Shown in pieces: positions 54,309 to 62,189 of a stretch of DNA of 64,000 bases (positions are counted from its first letter, which is position 1; each line of letters opens with the position of its first letter). The stretch lies in NCBI GenBank assembly GCA_041749855.1, contig JBGTAN010000026.1, positions 24,472 to 88,471 on the forward strand, in the 5' to 3' direction. Position numbers and translations under genes: made by a program. Below the pieces are notes generated by a model, which was not told the origin of the DNA, searched no databases, and saw only the letters and a program-made list of their open reading frames with translations. The stretch is from Bdellovibrionota bacterium (GTDB lineage Bacteria > Bdellovibrionota > FAC87 > UBA2466).

Positions 54309-55139
54309 TCAGTGCTTCTTCCGCTTCTTCCCGGTCGGCACAGGGGCGAGCTTTGCTTGCCGCAATAGGTACCAGCCTGTTACCAGAGTTCCGACCAGCA
54401 TCACGATAGAAAGCCACTGGCCCATCGTGAGTCCGAGAAGCAGGTAGCCCAGGTGCGCGTCCGGCTGCCGAAAAAACTCCACAATGAACCGTGCAAGCGT
54501 GTATCCCACTGCGAAAATCACCGAGAGAATTCCATCGGTCTTGATCCGGTCCTTCAGCACCCAGAGCACAATTCCGAGAATCACGCTTTCCAACATCAGC
54601 TCATAAAGCTGTGATGGGTGGCGAGGGAGAGGGCCCCCTCCGCGAAAGACCATGCCCCACGGTACATCCGTTACGCGGCCGTAGAGCTCTCCGTTGATAA
54701 AGTTTCCAATTCTTCCCATCCCCAAACCGGGAGTGGCGCACAAGCACATGGCGTCCGCCAGGTTCCACCACGGGATTCCTCGCTTCTTAGCGAAGATGTA
54801 GCCGGCGACCATCACTCCCAGGATGCCCCCGTGAAAAGAAAGGCCTCCTTGATAGACTTTGAAAAGGTAGAAAGGGTCTTGAATGAGGCTGATAGGATCG
54901 TAAACGAAGCAGTAGATGACGCGCGCGCCTATGACGGCTCCCAGGAGGCCCCAGACAATGAGTTGTTCAACATCCTCTTCGGTGAATTTGTAGCGCTCCT
55001 GACGCGCTAGGTGCCGCAGAATCATGCGTCCCACAAGAAATCCGCCGACATAAAGCAGCGAGTACCATCGGATAGCGATGGGTCCCCAGATGTGCAGGAG
55101 TACGGGATCGAAGTTCGGGTGCTGAAGGTACTGATTCAT
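54309..55139 (-). CDS. lgt: prolipoprotein diacylglyceryl transferase
   Basis: IRWYSLLY, GRIGNFINGELYG and RHPSQLYE motifs. Confidence 0.9.
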   Translation of the reverse strand: MNQYLQHPNFDPVLLHIWGPIAIRWYSLLYVGGFLVGRMILRHLARQERYKFTEEDVEQLIVWGLLGAVIGARVIYCFVYDPISLIQDPFYLFKVYQGGLSFHGGILGVMVAGYIFAKKRGIPWWNLADAMCLCATPGLGMGRIGNFINGELYGRVTDVPWGMVFRGGGPLPRHPSQLYELMLESVILGIVLWVLKDRIKTDGILSVIFAVGYTLARFIVEFFRQPDAHLGYLLLGLTMGQWLSIVMLVGTLVTGWYLLRQAKLAPVPTGKKRKKH

Positions 55140-55307
55140 ACGGTGATGCTATCTGTACAGTGGGATCGCGACAAATCAAAAAACCGAGTGGCGGATTCGA
55201 GCCGTTCGTCAAGTGGATTCACTCGGAGAAGCTTGTGCAACTTGCACTTGCAGGCAGCGAACCTTTACGGCAACTTCCTCATTTACGTTCGCAGTGCCGG
55301 AGGAAAA

Positions 55308-55580
55308 ATGAACAAGAACGAATTAGTCGCACGTGTCGCTGAGGAAACGAAGCTGACGAAGGCCGACTGCCAGCGAGTCATCGAGGCGACACTGGAAGCT
55401 GCCCGAAAAACGGTTAAAAAAGGCGATGAACTTCGCCTGATCGGGTTTGGAACCTTTGTGCGTTCGAAACGAAGCGCACGCAAAGGACGCAATCCTCAAA
55501 CCGGCGCGGAAATTTCTATTCCCGCCCAGTGGGTTGCTCGATTTCGTCCCGGAAAAGAATTTAAAGACTTTCTGAATTGA
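55308..55580 (+). CDS. hup: HU family DNA-binding protein
   Basis: MNKNELV....GFGTF......AR.GRNPQTG..I.I motifs, 90 aa, with GGAGGA 5 nt upstream. Confidence 0.9.
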   Translation: MNKNELVARVAEETKLTKADCQRVIEATLEAARKTVKKGDELRLIGFGTFVRSKRSARKGRNPQTGAEISIPAQWVARFRPGKEFKDFLN

Positions 55581-55670
55581 AACGCGTCGAACTCTTCCTC
55601 GCGAGGGGTGCGATCTGACACTTTTGCGCGTGGACACTCGGTCTACGCCCGTTTCTCCCGCATAGCGCGC

Positions 55671-55686
55671 TGGCACGACTGCTGCT
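55671..55686 (+). promoter_or_regulatory. sigma-54-like promoter (one mismatch in the -12 element)
   Basis: CTGGCACGACTGCTGCT has GG-N10-GC spacing, TGGCACG at -24, and CTGC instead of TTGC at -12. It lies about 30 nt upstream of GTG 55715. Confidence 0.35.
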
Positions 55687-55714
55687 TCGATGAGTAGGCA
55701 GAGGCTAGGCACAA

Positions 55715-56329
55715 GTGTTTCATCTTTCTCTCATTCTAAGTCTGTTCGTCGTTACACTGGTTTTGGCCGAGGAGCGCAGTCGTCCTCCCCTCATGCCAGA
55801 GCGGATGGTGGACTCCCATGCCGAAGTCCAGTCTTCCGTGAGTGCGCGCAAACCCATTCCGACGCGTTTAGGAATTCAAGGCGGTGGGATGGCTTTCGCC
55901 CAAGGCGCGGGTTCGCCTGTTTCCGCGGGGGAGCTCTTTGCGGGCGCGCGGCTTTTCTCGCGGCTTGCGATGGGTGAGCGTTGGTACTTCACTCCTTCGA
56001 TTGGCTACTATCGTCTGATATCCGCTCCCACCCTTACGACGGTGAATCCGAATCTTTTGGAGTTGGGTGCAGGTTTTCACTATGCCTTTTTTAAACTGGG
56101 GCCCCTGGGCTTTTTAGGCGGAGTCTCTCAGCGGCTGGGTTGGCGTTTTACCGGCGAAACAGGGCAGCTCAAGGGACGCTGGTATTACCGTGTCGGTCCG
56201 GCGGCCACCGTAAATTTACGCGTGACAGGATCCCTCAGCGCGCTGGTTGGCGCCGAAGTGAATTTTCCGCTAGTAAATCCAATCACGCCCGAGTGGGTCG
56301 GGCATGCCGGTTTCTTGTTTGCTCTTTAG
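55715..56329 (+). CDS. putative secreted/outer-membrane hypothetical protein
   Basis: GTG start, signal-like MFHLSLILSLFVVTLVLA, and an alternating strand pattern. Confidence 0.5.
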   Translation: MFHLSLILSLFVVTLVLAEERSRPPLMPERMVDSHAEVQSSVSARKPIPTRLGIQGGGMAFAQGAGSPVSAGELFAGARLFSRLAMGERWYFTPSIGYYRLISAPTLTTVNPNLLELGAGFHYAFFKLGPLGFLGGVSQRLGWRFTGETGQLKGRWYYRVGPAATVNLRVTGSLSALVGAEVNFPLVNPITPEWVGHAGFLFAL

Positions 56330-56347
56330 AAGGATTGAACGGCCCTA

Positions 56348-56746
56348 TTAGTGGGCGATCGGGCTGCCGCTTTGTGTGGACTGAGCGAAACTTTCCTCGC
56401 GGCGCTCTTCTGCTTCCATCTCCGATTTGCAGTTGATGCAAAGGTCGGTTACGGGACGCGCCTGGAGGCGCTTCACGCCGATGGGTTCACTGCAAGAGAC
56501 GCAGATCCCGTAAGAACCTTCCGCGATCTTTTTGAGCGCTTCATGCACCTTACCGATGAGCTTGCGTTCGCGGTCCTTGATACGGAGTTCAAAGCTGCGC
56601 TCGGTTTCAAAACTGGCCTGGTCATTGATATCGGCCAGAACGGGGGTCGGAGCGGACTGAGCTAGATTGCGAGCCATGTCGCTCTGCAAATCCTTCAGCT
56701 GTTTTTCCAACGCTTCCTTGAGCTTAGAGAGTTCCGCTTTTTTCAT
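56348..56746 (-). CDS. DksA/TraR family C4 zinc-finger regulator
   Basis: N-terminal coiled coil followed by CVSCSEPIGVKRLQARPVTDLCINC. The start is taken at MKKAELSKLKEALE (ATG 56746). Confidence 0.8.
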   Translation of the reverse strand: MKKAELSKLKEALEKQLKDLQSDMARNLAQSAPTPVLADINDQASFETERSFELRIKDRERKLIGKVHEALKKIAEGSYGICVSCSEPIGVKRLQARPVTDLCINCKSEMEAEERREESFAQSTQSGSPIAH

Positions 56747-56880
56747 GTATTTCCCCACCTTGTTGCGACTGACAAACCTGAAAGGTAAAACCTTCATCAA
56801 TCGGGTCGTTAAAGTCAACTTCCGACCACTAAGGCAGGGTTCTATAGCAAATTGGGTGGGGGCGCGCTAGGGAGTTTCGG

Positions 56881-56969
56881 AAAAATTAACGGGAGCAACC
56901 CCTCAGACAAGATATGTGCATTGGGGCCACATAAGGGGGAGGAGGCGAGTCCTTGAGGTTGCTCCCGTT
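56881..56969 (-). terminator. long compound hairpin plus T-tract downstream of the Gly/Tyr-rich protein gene
   Basis: A 13-bp perfect stem AACGGGAGCAACC (56888-56900) / GGTTGCTCCCGTT (56957-56969) encloses an inner TATGTG/CACATA hairpin. On the minus strand it is followed by AATTTTT. Confidence 0.5.
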
Positions 56970-57017
56970 TCCAAAGGCCGAACTTTCGCTTCTTGAGCGT
57001 TGTTCTCCTTTAAACTT

Positions 57018-57764
57018 TTAGTGCACCGACCGGGGGATGTCGTAACGCGTAGGCGTTCCGAGTACCGTCTGGTCGCTGTAATTGAAGATCGGTGCCTGTG
57101 TGGGGGTCGTAGGCCCCGTTGGGCACTGAACCACTCCACCGCAACCGCCCCAAGGAGGCGCTGTTGGGGGATAGCTCGGGTAATTCACCACAGGTCCCTG
57201 GTCCCAAGGATTGGGAAGCAAAGGATTGTAATTTGTCAGCGTGGTTGGGTACGTCGGATACGTTGGGAACTGAGGATTCTGCGAGCAGCTTGGCTGATAG
57301 CAGGTCGGGTACTGGAAGCAGTTCGACTGTCCGTAGTTCTGGTATCCGTAAAAAATCGGAAGCTCGATATTGATGTTGATGTCGTAGTCGTAGCCGCTCA
57401 AATAGCTGCCCGAATCCCAACCGCCATAGCAGCTGCCGCTCGAAGAGAAGCTGCCGCAAGATCCGCCCCAGTTATTTCCATAGAGGCTGCTGGAGTCGTA
57501 AAAACTACCGAGGTTGTACAAGTCGGTACCGAAGCCATAGAGGTTCGAACCCCCTGCGCCGTACATTCCGCCCCAAGCAGCATCATAGCCGTAGCTGCCG
57601 TAGCCACCGTAGCTGCTCGCTCCGTAACCGCCGTAGCTGCTACCGCCGTAACCACCGTAGCTGGAGTAGCCAAATTCGAATTCGGCATTCGCTTTAGAAG
57701 CGCCAAAGTGAGCAGAGATCAGGGCAAACATCCCGACCACTAGAAAGAGTTTTAAACGCGTCAT
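57018..57764 (-). CDS. secreted Gly/Tyr/Ser-rich low-complexity protein with Cys- and Pro-rich C-terminal half
   Basis: ATG 57764 has GGAGA upstream. Signal peptide MTRLKLFLVVGMFALISAHFGASKANA is followed by SSYGGYG-type repeats and then a Q/P/Y/C-rich region. Confidence 0.65.
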   Translation of the reverse strand: MTRLKLFLVVGMFALISAHFGASKANAEFEFGYSSYGGYGGSSYGGYGASSYGGYGSYGYDAAWGGMYGAGGSNLYGFGTDLYNLGSFYDSSSLYGNNWGGSCGSFSSSGSCYGGWDSGSYLSGYDYDININIELPIFYGYQNYGQSNCFQYPTCYQPSCSQNPQFPTYPTYPTTLTNYNPLLPNPWDQGPVVNYPSYPPTAPPWGGCGGVVQCPTGPTTPTQAPIFNYSDQTVLGTPTRYDIPRSVH

Positions 57765-58056
57765 CTTTATCTCCGCTGCTTTTCGCAACTACTATTCAAC
57801 GCCCACACACGAAGGCGCAGCTTAAGGATGAGCAAGCCCTATGCCACGAGCGCCCGTCACAGGCCCGCGCTCGGAGGAGTCTGTATTCGAAAGGAATGGG
57901 CCGTAGACAGGCGGTTGTGGTTTTGTCCAAGAGATGCGACAAGAGTCGCGATAGGGCACTCCGCCTTTATTTTTAAGGATGTACGCTGTAAAGTTAGAGG
58001 ACATTCGTTGACCGAAAAACGCCGCAAAAGCGGCTCTTCAGCCAAGGGCACCAATC

Positions 58057-58875
58057 ATGAAAATCGGAAATGCTTTGCTAGGGTTTAGTTCCGCTCTTGT
58101 GTTCTGTTTGAATGCGGCAGCAAATACGACCGAATTTACCCCGGTGCAGCAACGCGCTCAAGGGCAGTCTCTTGCTGGCGCCAACCTACTTAACGACAGT
58201 TTATACTCCAATCCTGCTTCCAGCTCTTTCACACAGGCCTACTCAGTGGACGCGAGCTTTCAGTCAGTGAAGTCGTTTGCTGCATCGATTCTCGATACCA
58301 AGACCTCTGCCATCGGCGGAATCGCAGGCTATTACCGCATGCCTTTCAACATGGGGGACCAAAAAGTCGAAGGGGTGAAAGTAGGGGCGCTGGGCCGAAT
58401 GAGCGAAAACTTTGGTGTGGGCATTTTAGGCAAGATGATTTGGGGGACTGACCTTGCCGGTGCCCCTGCGAGGTACACGGATGTGGATCTCGGCGCGATT
58501 TTGCACTTTGACTCTATTCAGTTTGGTCTAAGCACGCGCAATCTGCTCGGTGGAAGCGCGGCCATGGGCGACCGTCGCGAGTACTCGATTGGAACGCAGG
58601 CGAACTGGGAACAGACGGTGTTTTTGAATGCTGCGATGACGGGTGACGGCCAGAATCTACGCCCGCTTCAGTATGGCTTCGGTGCGGAGTATGTTTCGCC
58701 CTACCACTTCGCCCTTAAGGGCGGATACCGCATTCGCACCGCGTCGAATGAGTCCTTCTGGAGTGCGGGGGCCAGTATCCTCTCCCCGAAAGTCTCCGTG
58801 CACTACTCAGTTGAATTCCCCAATCAAACCGGCGGCTCAATGGAGCACATGGTCGGAACGACCGTGCTGTTCTAA
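58057..58875 (+). CDS. outer-membrane beta-barrel protein (FadL/PorV-like N-terminal motif)
   Basis: Signal peptide, GQSLAGANLLNDSLYSNPAS (the G.s.aGA...nD......NPA pattern of OM transport barrels), and a C-terminal ...VGTTVLF. Confidence 0.55.
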   Translation: MKIGNALLGFSSALVFCLNAAANTTEFTPVQQRAQGQSLAGANLLNDSLYSNPASSSFTQAYSVDASFQSVKSFAASILDTKTSAIGGIAGYYRMPFNMGDQKVEGVKVGALGRMSENFGVGILGKMIWGTDLAGAPARYTDVDLGAILHFDSIQFGLSTRNLLGGSAAMGDRREYSIGTQANWEQTVFLNAAMTGDGQNLRPLQYGFGAEYVSPYHFALKGGYRIRTASNESFWSAGASILSPKVSVHYSVEFPNQTGGSMEHMVGTTVLF

Positions 58876-58928
58876 GCAACGCGCGCCGCGGTTGAGTTTT
58901 TCCGTGCGAGTTCCGATGGGTTTGTCGG

Positions 58929-59789
58929 ATGCACTTCTTCGGCAAAATCCTTGTCATCTTGTGCGTTGCATTATCGTTTATGGCGTTGGGGATAGACGCC
59001 CCGGCTCCTGAAACGGCTATTCTTCCGCCGCTCGCCGCCGAGGAGGACATCGAACCCTCCTCTACCTTTACGCTGATTCCCAAAGGCCGACTCTTTCCGC
59101 TGACTTTTGCTGACCCACGGGAGGTTCGCACGGCGGTGACTTTCTCTGGAAGTGCTCCCATTCAAGCGATGATCGGCAGCTATCTCTCCCTATTGGGTGT
59201 AACGGGTGCCGACAATGGCTGGAATTTTCACTTTGGATTAGAGGGCAGGGGCTACTTCACGATGCGTCAGGAAGGGGGGCGTTTTCCTCTGGAGACGGTC
59301 GATGGAACGTTGGGGATCTATTTTGAGTATGCAAGTGGTCCTTGGCACAGTCAGCTGCGCTACACGCACGTTTCCGCACATCTCGCCGATGGATTGACGG
59401 GTAGTAGCCCGATTCCCTATAGCCGAGAGACTTTGAGTTTGCGAGGCGGCTACTCCCCAAACAAACACTCTCAGATTTACCTAGGCATTCATCGACTGGT
59501 GAACACCGTTCCGAAAGTGCATCCGCTAGCGTTGCAATTGGGGGGCTCCTACTTCTTTCCGACAGGGCTGCAAACAACCCCGTATTTTGCGGCAGACTTG
59601 CGGTGGCAGGAAGAGACGAAGGTGAACCCTTCGTTTGCATTGCAGTTGGGATTTGCTCTACACCAGATTCCCGATCACCTGCGGTCGTTCAAACTCTACT
59701 ACCAGTACTACACAGGTGCGGATGTGCGCGGTCAGTTCTATCTTGGCACGACCACTAGTCACTCTTTTGGTCTCGAATTGCCTCTCTAG
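58929..59789 (+). CDS. DUF1207-like outer-membrane protein
   Basis: LFPLTFADPREVRTAVTF resembles the conserved N-terminal motif of DUF1207 proteins. It has a beta-rich composition. The assignment is from memory. Confidence 0.45.
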   Translation: MHFFGKILVILCVALSFMALGIDAPAPETAILPPLAAEEDIEPSSTFTLIPKGRLFPLTFADPREVRTAVTFSGSAPIQAMIGSYLSLLGVTGADNGWNFHFGLEGRGYFTMRQEGGRFPLETVDGTLGIYFEYASGPWHSQLRYTHVSAHLADGLTGSSPIPYSRETLSLRGGYSPNKHSQIYLGIHRLVNTVPKVHPLALQLGGSYFFPTGLQTTPYFAADLRWQEETKVNPSFALQLGFALHQIPDHLRSFKLYYQYYTGADVRGQFYLGTTTSHSFGLELPL

Positions 59790-59795
59790 TATTTC

Positions 59796-60335
59796 TCAGG
59801 GTCCCACCGGAACAGGCAGGCAAGCTTCGATGGCCTTGGTAATTTGACTCACGGTGGCGCCCTCCTTTTTAAAGACCACTTCACCCATCGTATCGACGAC
59901 TACCGCGTTAGGGATGCCGGTTCCTGCGCCAAAAAAATCTCCTCCGCAGTGCCTGGGAGAACCCGCGACGACAAACTGAGCTTGTGCTTGGGCGAGACGG
60001 TGCTTAGTCGACCATTCGGTGAGAAAGGTCTGGTTCGGGGCCGCACCGTAATTCCAGCCTTCGCAGGAGAGACTGAAAAAGACGACATTCTTCTCTTTGA
60101 ATTTCGCCATGTCGCTACCGATGGTGGCGAACTCGGAGTTACAAGGGCCGCACCAACCCGCGTTGAATAGCAAGACGCGCACCGCGAAGTCATGGGTTTT
60201 GTCCTCCAAGCAGACTTGCTGCCCGGCTACGTCCGTCCAGCAATAGTTCTTTGGTTTATCCCCTACCTCGGTGAGGGCAATGAGAGAGTGATTCGAGAAG
60301 AGGAAGATGAGCATTACGATGAGTCGAAGCGTCAT
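59796..60335 (-). CDS. secreted thioredoxin-fold protein (TlpA/ResA-like), paralog B
   Basis: WCGPC active site and a signal peptide. More than half of its positions are identical by eye to the upstream paralog. Confidence 0.75.
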   Translation of the reverse strand: MTLRLIVMLIFLFSNHSLIALTEVGDKPKNYCWTDVAGQQVCLEDKTHDFAVRVLLFNAGWCGPCNSEFATIGSDMAKFKEKNVVFFSLSCEGWNYGAAPNQTFLTEWSTKHRLAQAQAQFVVAGSPRHCGGDFFGAGTGIPNAVVVDTMGEVVFKKEGATVSQITKAIEACLPVPVGP

Positions 60336-60350
60336 AGGCAGTCCCCAACG

Positions 60351-60381
60351 AAAAAAGAAGCAACCTCACTGAGGTTGCTTC
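60351..60381 (-). terminator. rho-independent terminator between the two thioredoxin-like paralogs
   Basis: A perfect 11-bp stem GAAGCAACCTC-ACT-GAGGTTGCTTC, followed on the minus strand by T6. It ends 16 nt before the start codon of paralog B. Confidence 0.65.
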
Positions 60382-60420
60382 TCTTATTGTACTTCACCGT
60401 TGCTGGCGTTGGCTTAAGAC

Positions 60421-60957
60421 TTAAGGCATTGAGGGCACGGGCGTCGGAAGCACCCGTTCTACTTCTCGGACAATGGCGTTCACACCCGGGTTGATCTCTT
60501 TGTAAGAAACCACTCCCGATGAATCGATCACGACGACATTGGGAATATAGACGCTCGAGAAGAAGTCGTTTCCGGCATTGCGAGGGGAGCTCGCGACCAC
60601 GAAACTGGCTTGTGCGCTGTTCAATCGATGGCGCGTCGACCATTCTTTGAGAAAGCCGGTAGAAGCCCCGGCGCCTCGGCTCCAACCGTCGCTCGAAAGA
60701 CTGATGAAGACGACGGGCTTGCCTTTGAACTTGTTGGTTGCTGATGCAATCGTCGAGAACTCAGTATTGCAGGGGCCACACCAACCTGCGTTGTAGAGAA
60801 GGACACGCACCGAATCTCTGTGTGCAGCATCTTCGAGACATACTTGCGCTTCGTTGGTGTCTTTCCAACAGTAGTTCTTGGGTTTGTCCCCCACCTCGGT
60901 GAGGCCAAAAGCAGAGGAAGCAAAGACGAAGGCGAAAGTGAGGATCGATTTTCTCAT
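60421..60957 (-). CDS. secreted thioredoxin-fold protein (TlpA/ResA-like), paralog A
   Basis: WCGPC active site and a signal peptide. The N-terminal motif LTEVGDKPKNYCW.D....QVCLED is shared with paralog B. Confidence 0.75.
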   Translation of the reverse strand: MRKSILTFAFVFASSAFGLTEVGDKPKNYCWKDTNEAQVCLEDAAHRDSVRVLLYNAGWCGPCNTEFSTIASATNKFKGKPVVFISLSSDGWSRGAGASTGFLKEWSTRHRLNSAQASFVVASSPRNAGNDFFSSVYIPNVVVIDSSGVVSYKEINPGVNAIVREVERVLPTPVPSMP

Positions 60958-61046
60958 GGGGTTCTCCTAGTCCCTTATTATGGAAGGCTTTGCGAGATAG
61001 GCGAATTGCCGTTTTTCATCGATCCCAAGTCTTGTTAATAAAAGGT

Positions 61047-62189
61047 ATGAGCGCTGTGTTATTTAACGACCTGTCCCTATTCCGACAGAAGAGCGGGGTT
61101 GGGCACTATGCGGCGCAGCTTCTTAAACACCTGCCTGGCGAAGCGTCTGATATTGAAATAGTGAGACTGAGTGCGTTAGGGGGTGTTCGATGGGTGGCCG
61201 GCGCTATGTCGCAGGTGACTCGCTCGGGTTCCCTTACAGAACGCGGGGGAAGCTCCTCTCCTGTACTGTCACTGAAGGTCTACCTACAAAGTGCTCTGGA
61301 TAGGTATCTAGGATCAGCGACTCGACGGAGTGGGTGTGCCCTTTTCCATGAGCCGGATGCGATTGCGCTTCCATCACGACTTCCGACAATCGTTACCGTT
61401 CACGATCTTTCGGTGCTCCTTCACCCCCAGTGGCACCCCGCCATCCGGGTGAAGAAGTACGAAAGGTATTTTATGCGAAGTTTGAAGCAGGCCAAATGCT
61501 TCGTAGCGGTTTCACAAGCAACTGCCAACGACTTGATGGAACACCTGAAGGTAAAACCCGATCGGATTGTCGTGATTCCCGAGGCGCCGCGCTTCACGGA
61601 GACTTCCGAGCAAGCACTCCAATCCGTAAAATTGGCGCTGGGGCTTCCTGAGAATTATTTTCTATTTGTCGGAAACTTGGAGCCGCGCAAGAACGTTGCG
61701 GGACTCATGCGCGCTTACTCCAGGCTCCCCGCCTCGCTTCGGGCGCAGTACCCTCTTGTTCTGGTGGGAGGTTGGGGTTGGCGATCGAGTGTCGTGAAGG
61801 AAATGCTGGGTCGGCCGCCCTGGGATCAGAGTGTGAGGCATTTGGGGTATTTGCCGGATGAGTCCTTGAGTGCGGTCATGCAAGGCGCAACGGCTCTCGT
61901 CTATCCCAGCTTTTATGAGGGGTTTGGATTGCCCCCCTTGGAGGCGATGGGATTGGGCACGCCTGTCATCGCCACACATGCGGGTTCGCTTGCGGAGGTC
62001 CTCGGCGACGCTGCACTTGTGGTCGAGCCTGAGGATGAAACGGGGATGACTTCGAAGATGCGCGAAATTGCAGAGAGCACAGCGCTGCAGGAGAAACTTC
62101 GTCTCGCAGGCCTTGCCCAAGCCGCCAAGTTTAGCTGGCAGCGCACCGCCCGCGAAACCGCCGCCGTCTACCGCCGCCTCTTGTGCTAA
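61047..62189 (+). CDS. glycosyltransferase family 4 (GT-B)
   Basis: The EGFGLPPLEAMGLGTPVI (E-x7-E) motif. The start is taken at ATG 61047; TTG 60990 is possible. Confidence 0.8.
   Translation: MSAVLFNDLSLFRQKSGVGHYAAQLLKHLPGEASDIEIVRLSALGGVRWVAGAMSQVTRSGSLTERGGSSSPVLSLKVYLQSALDRYLGSATRRSGCALFHEPDAIALPSRLPTIVTVHDLSVLLHPQWHPAIRVKKYERYFMRSLKQAKCFVAVSQATANDLMEHLKVKPDRIVVIPEAPRFTETSEQALQSVKLALGLPENYFLFVGNLEPRKNVAGLMRAYSRLPASLRAQYPLVLVGGWGWRSSVVKEMLGRPPWDQSVRHLGYLPDESLSAVMQGATALVYPSFYEGFGLPPLEAMGLGTPVIATHAGSLAEVLGDAALVVEPEDETGMTSKMREIAESTALQEKLRLAGLAQAAKFSWQRTARETAAVYRRLLC

Noticed and set aside
57000-57743. A 247-aa plus-strand ORF (Ala/Val/Arg-rich) overlapping the GY-rich gene.
   Set aside because: It is the antisense reading of the GGY/SSY codon repeats. 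It has no signal peptide or Shine-Dalgarno, whereas the minus-strand ORF has both.
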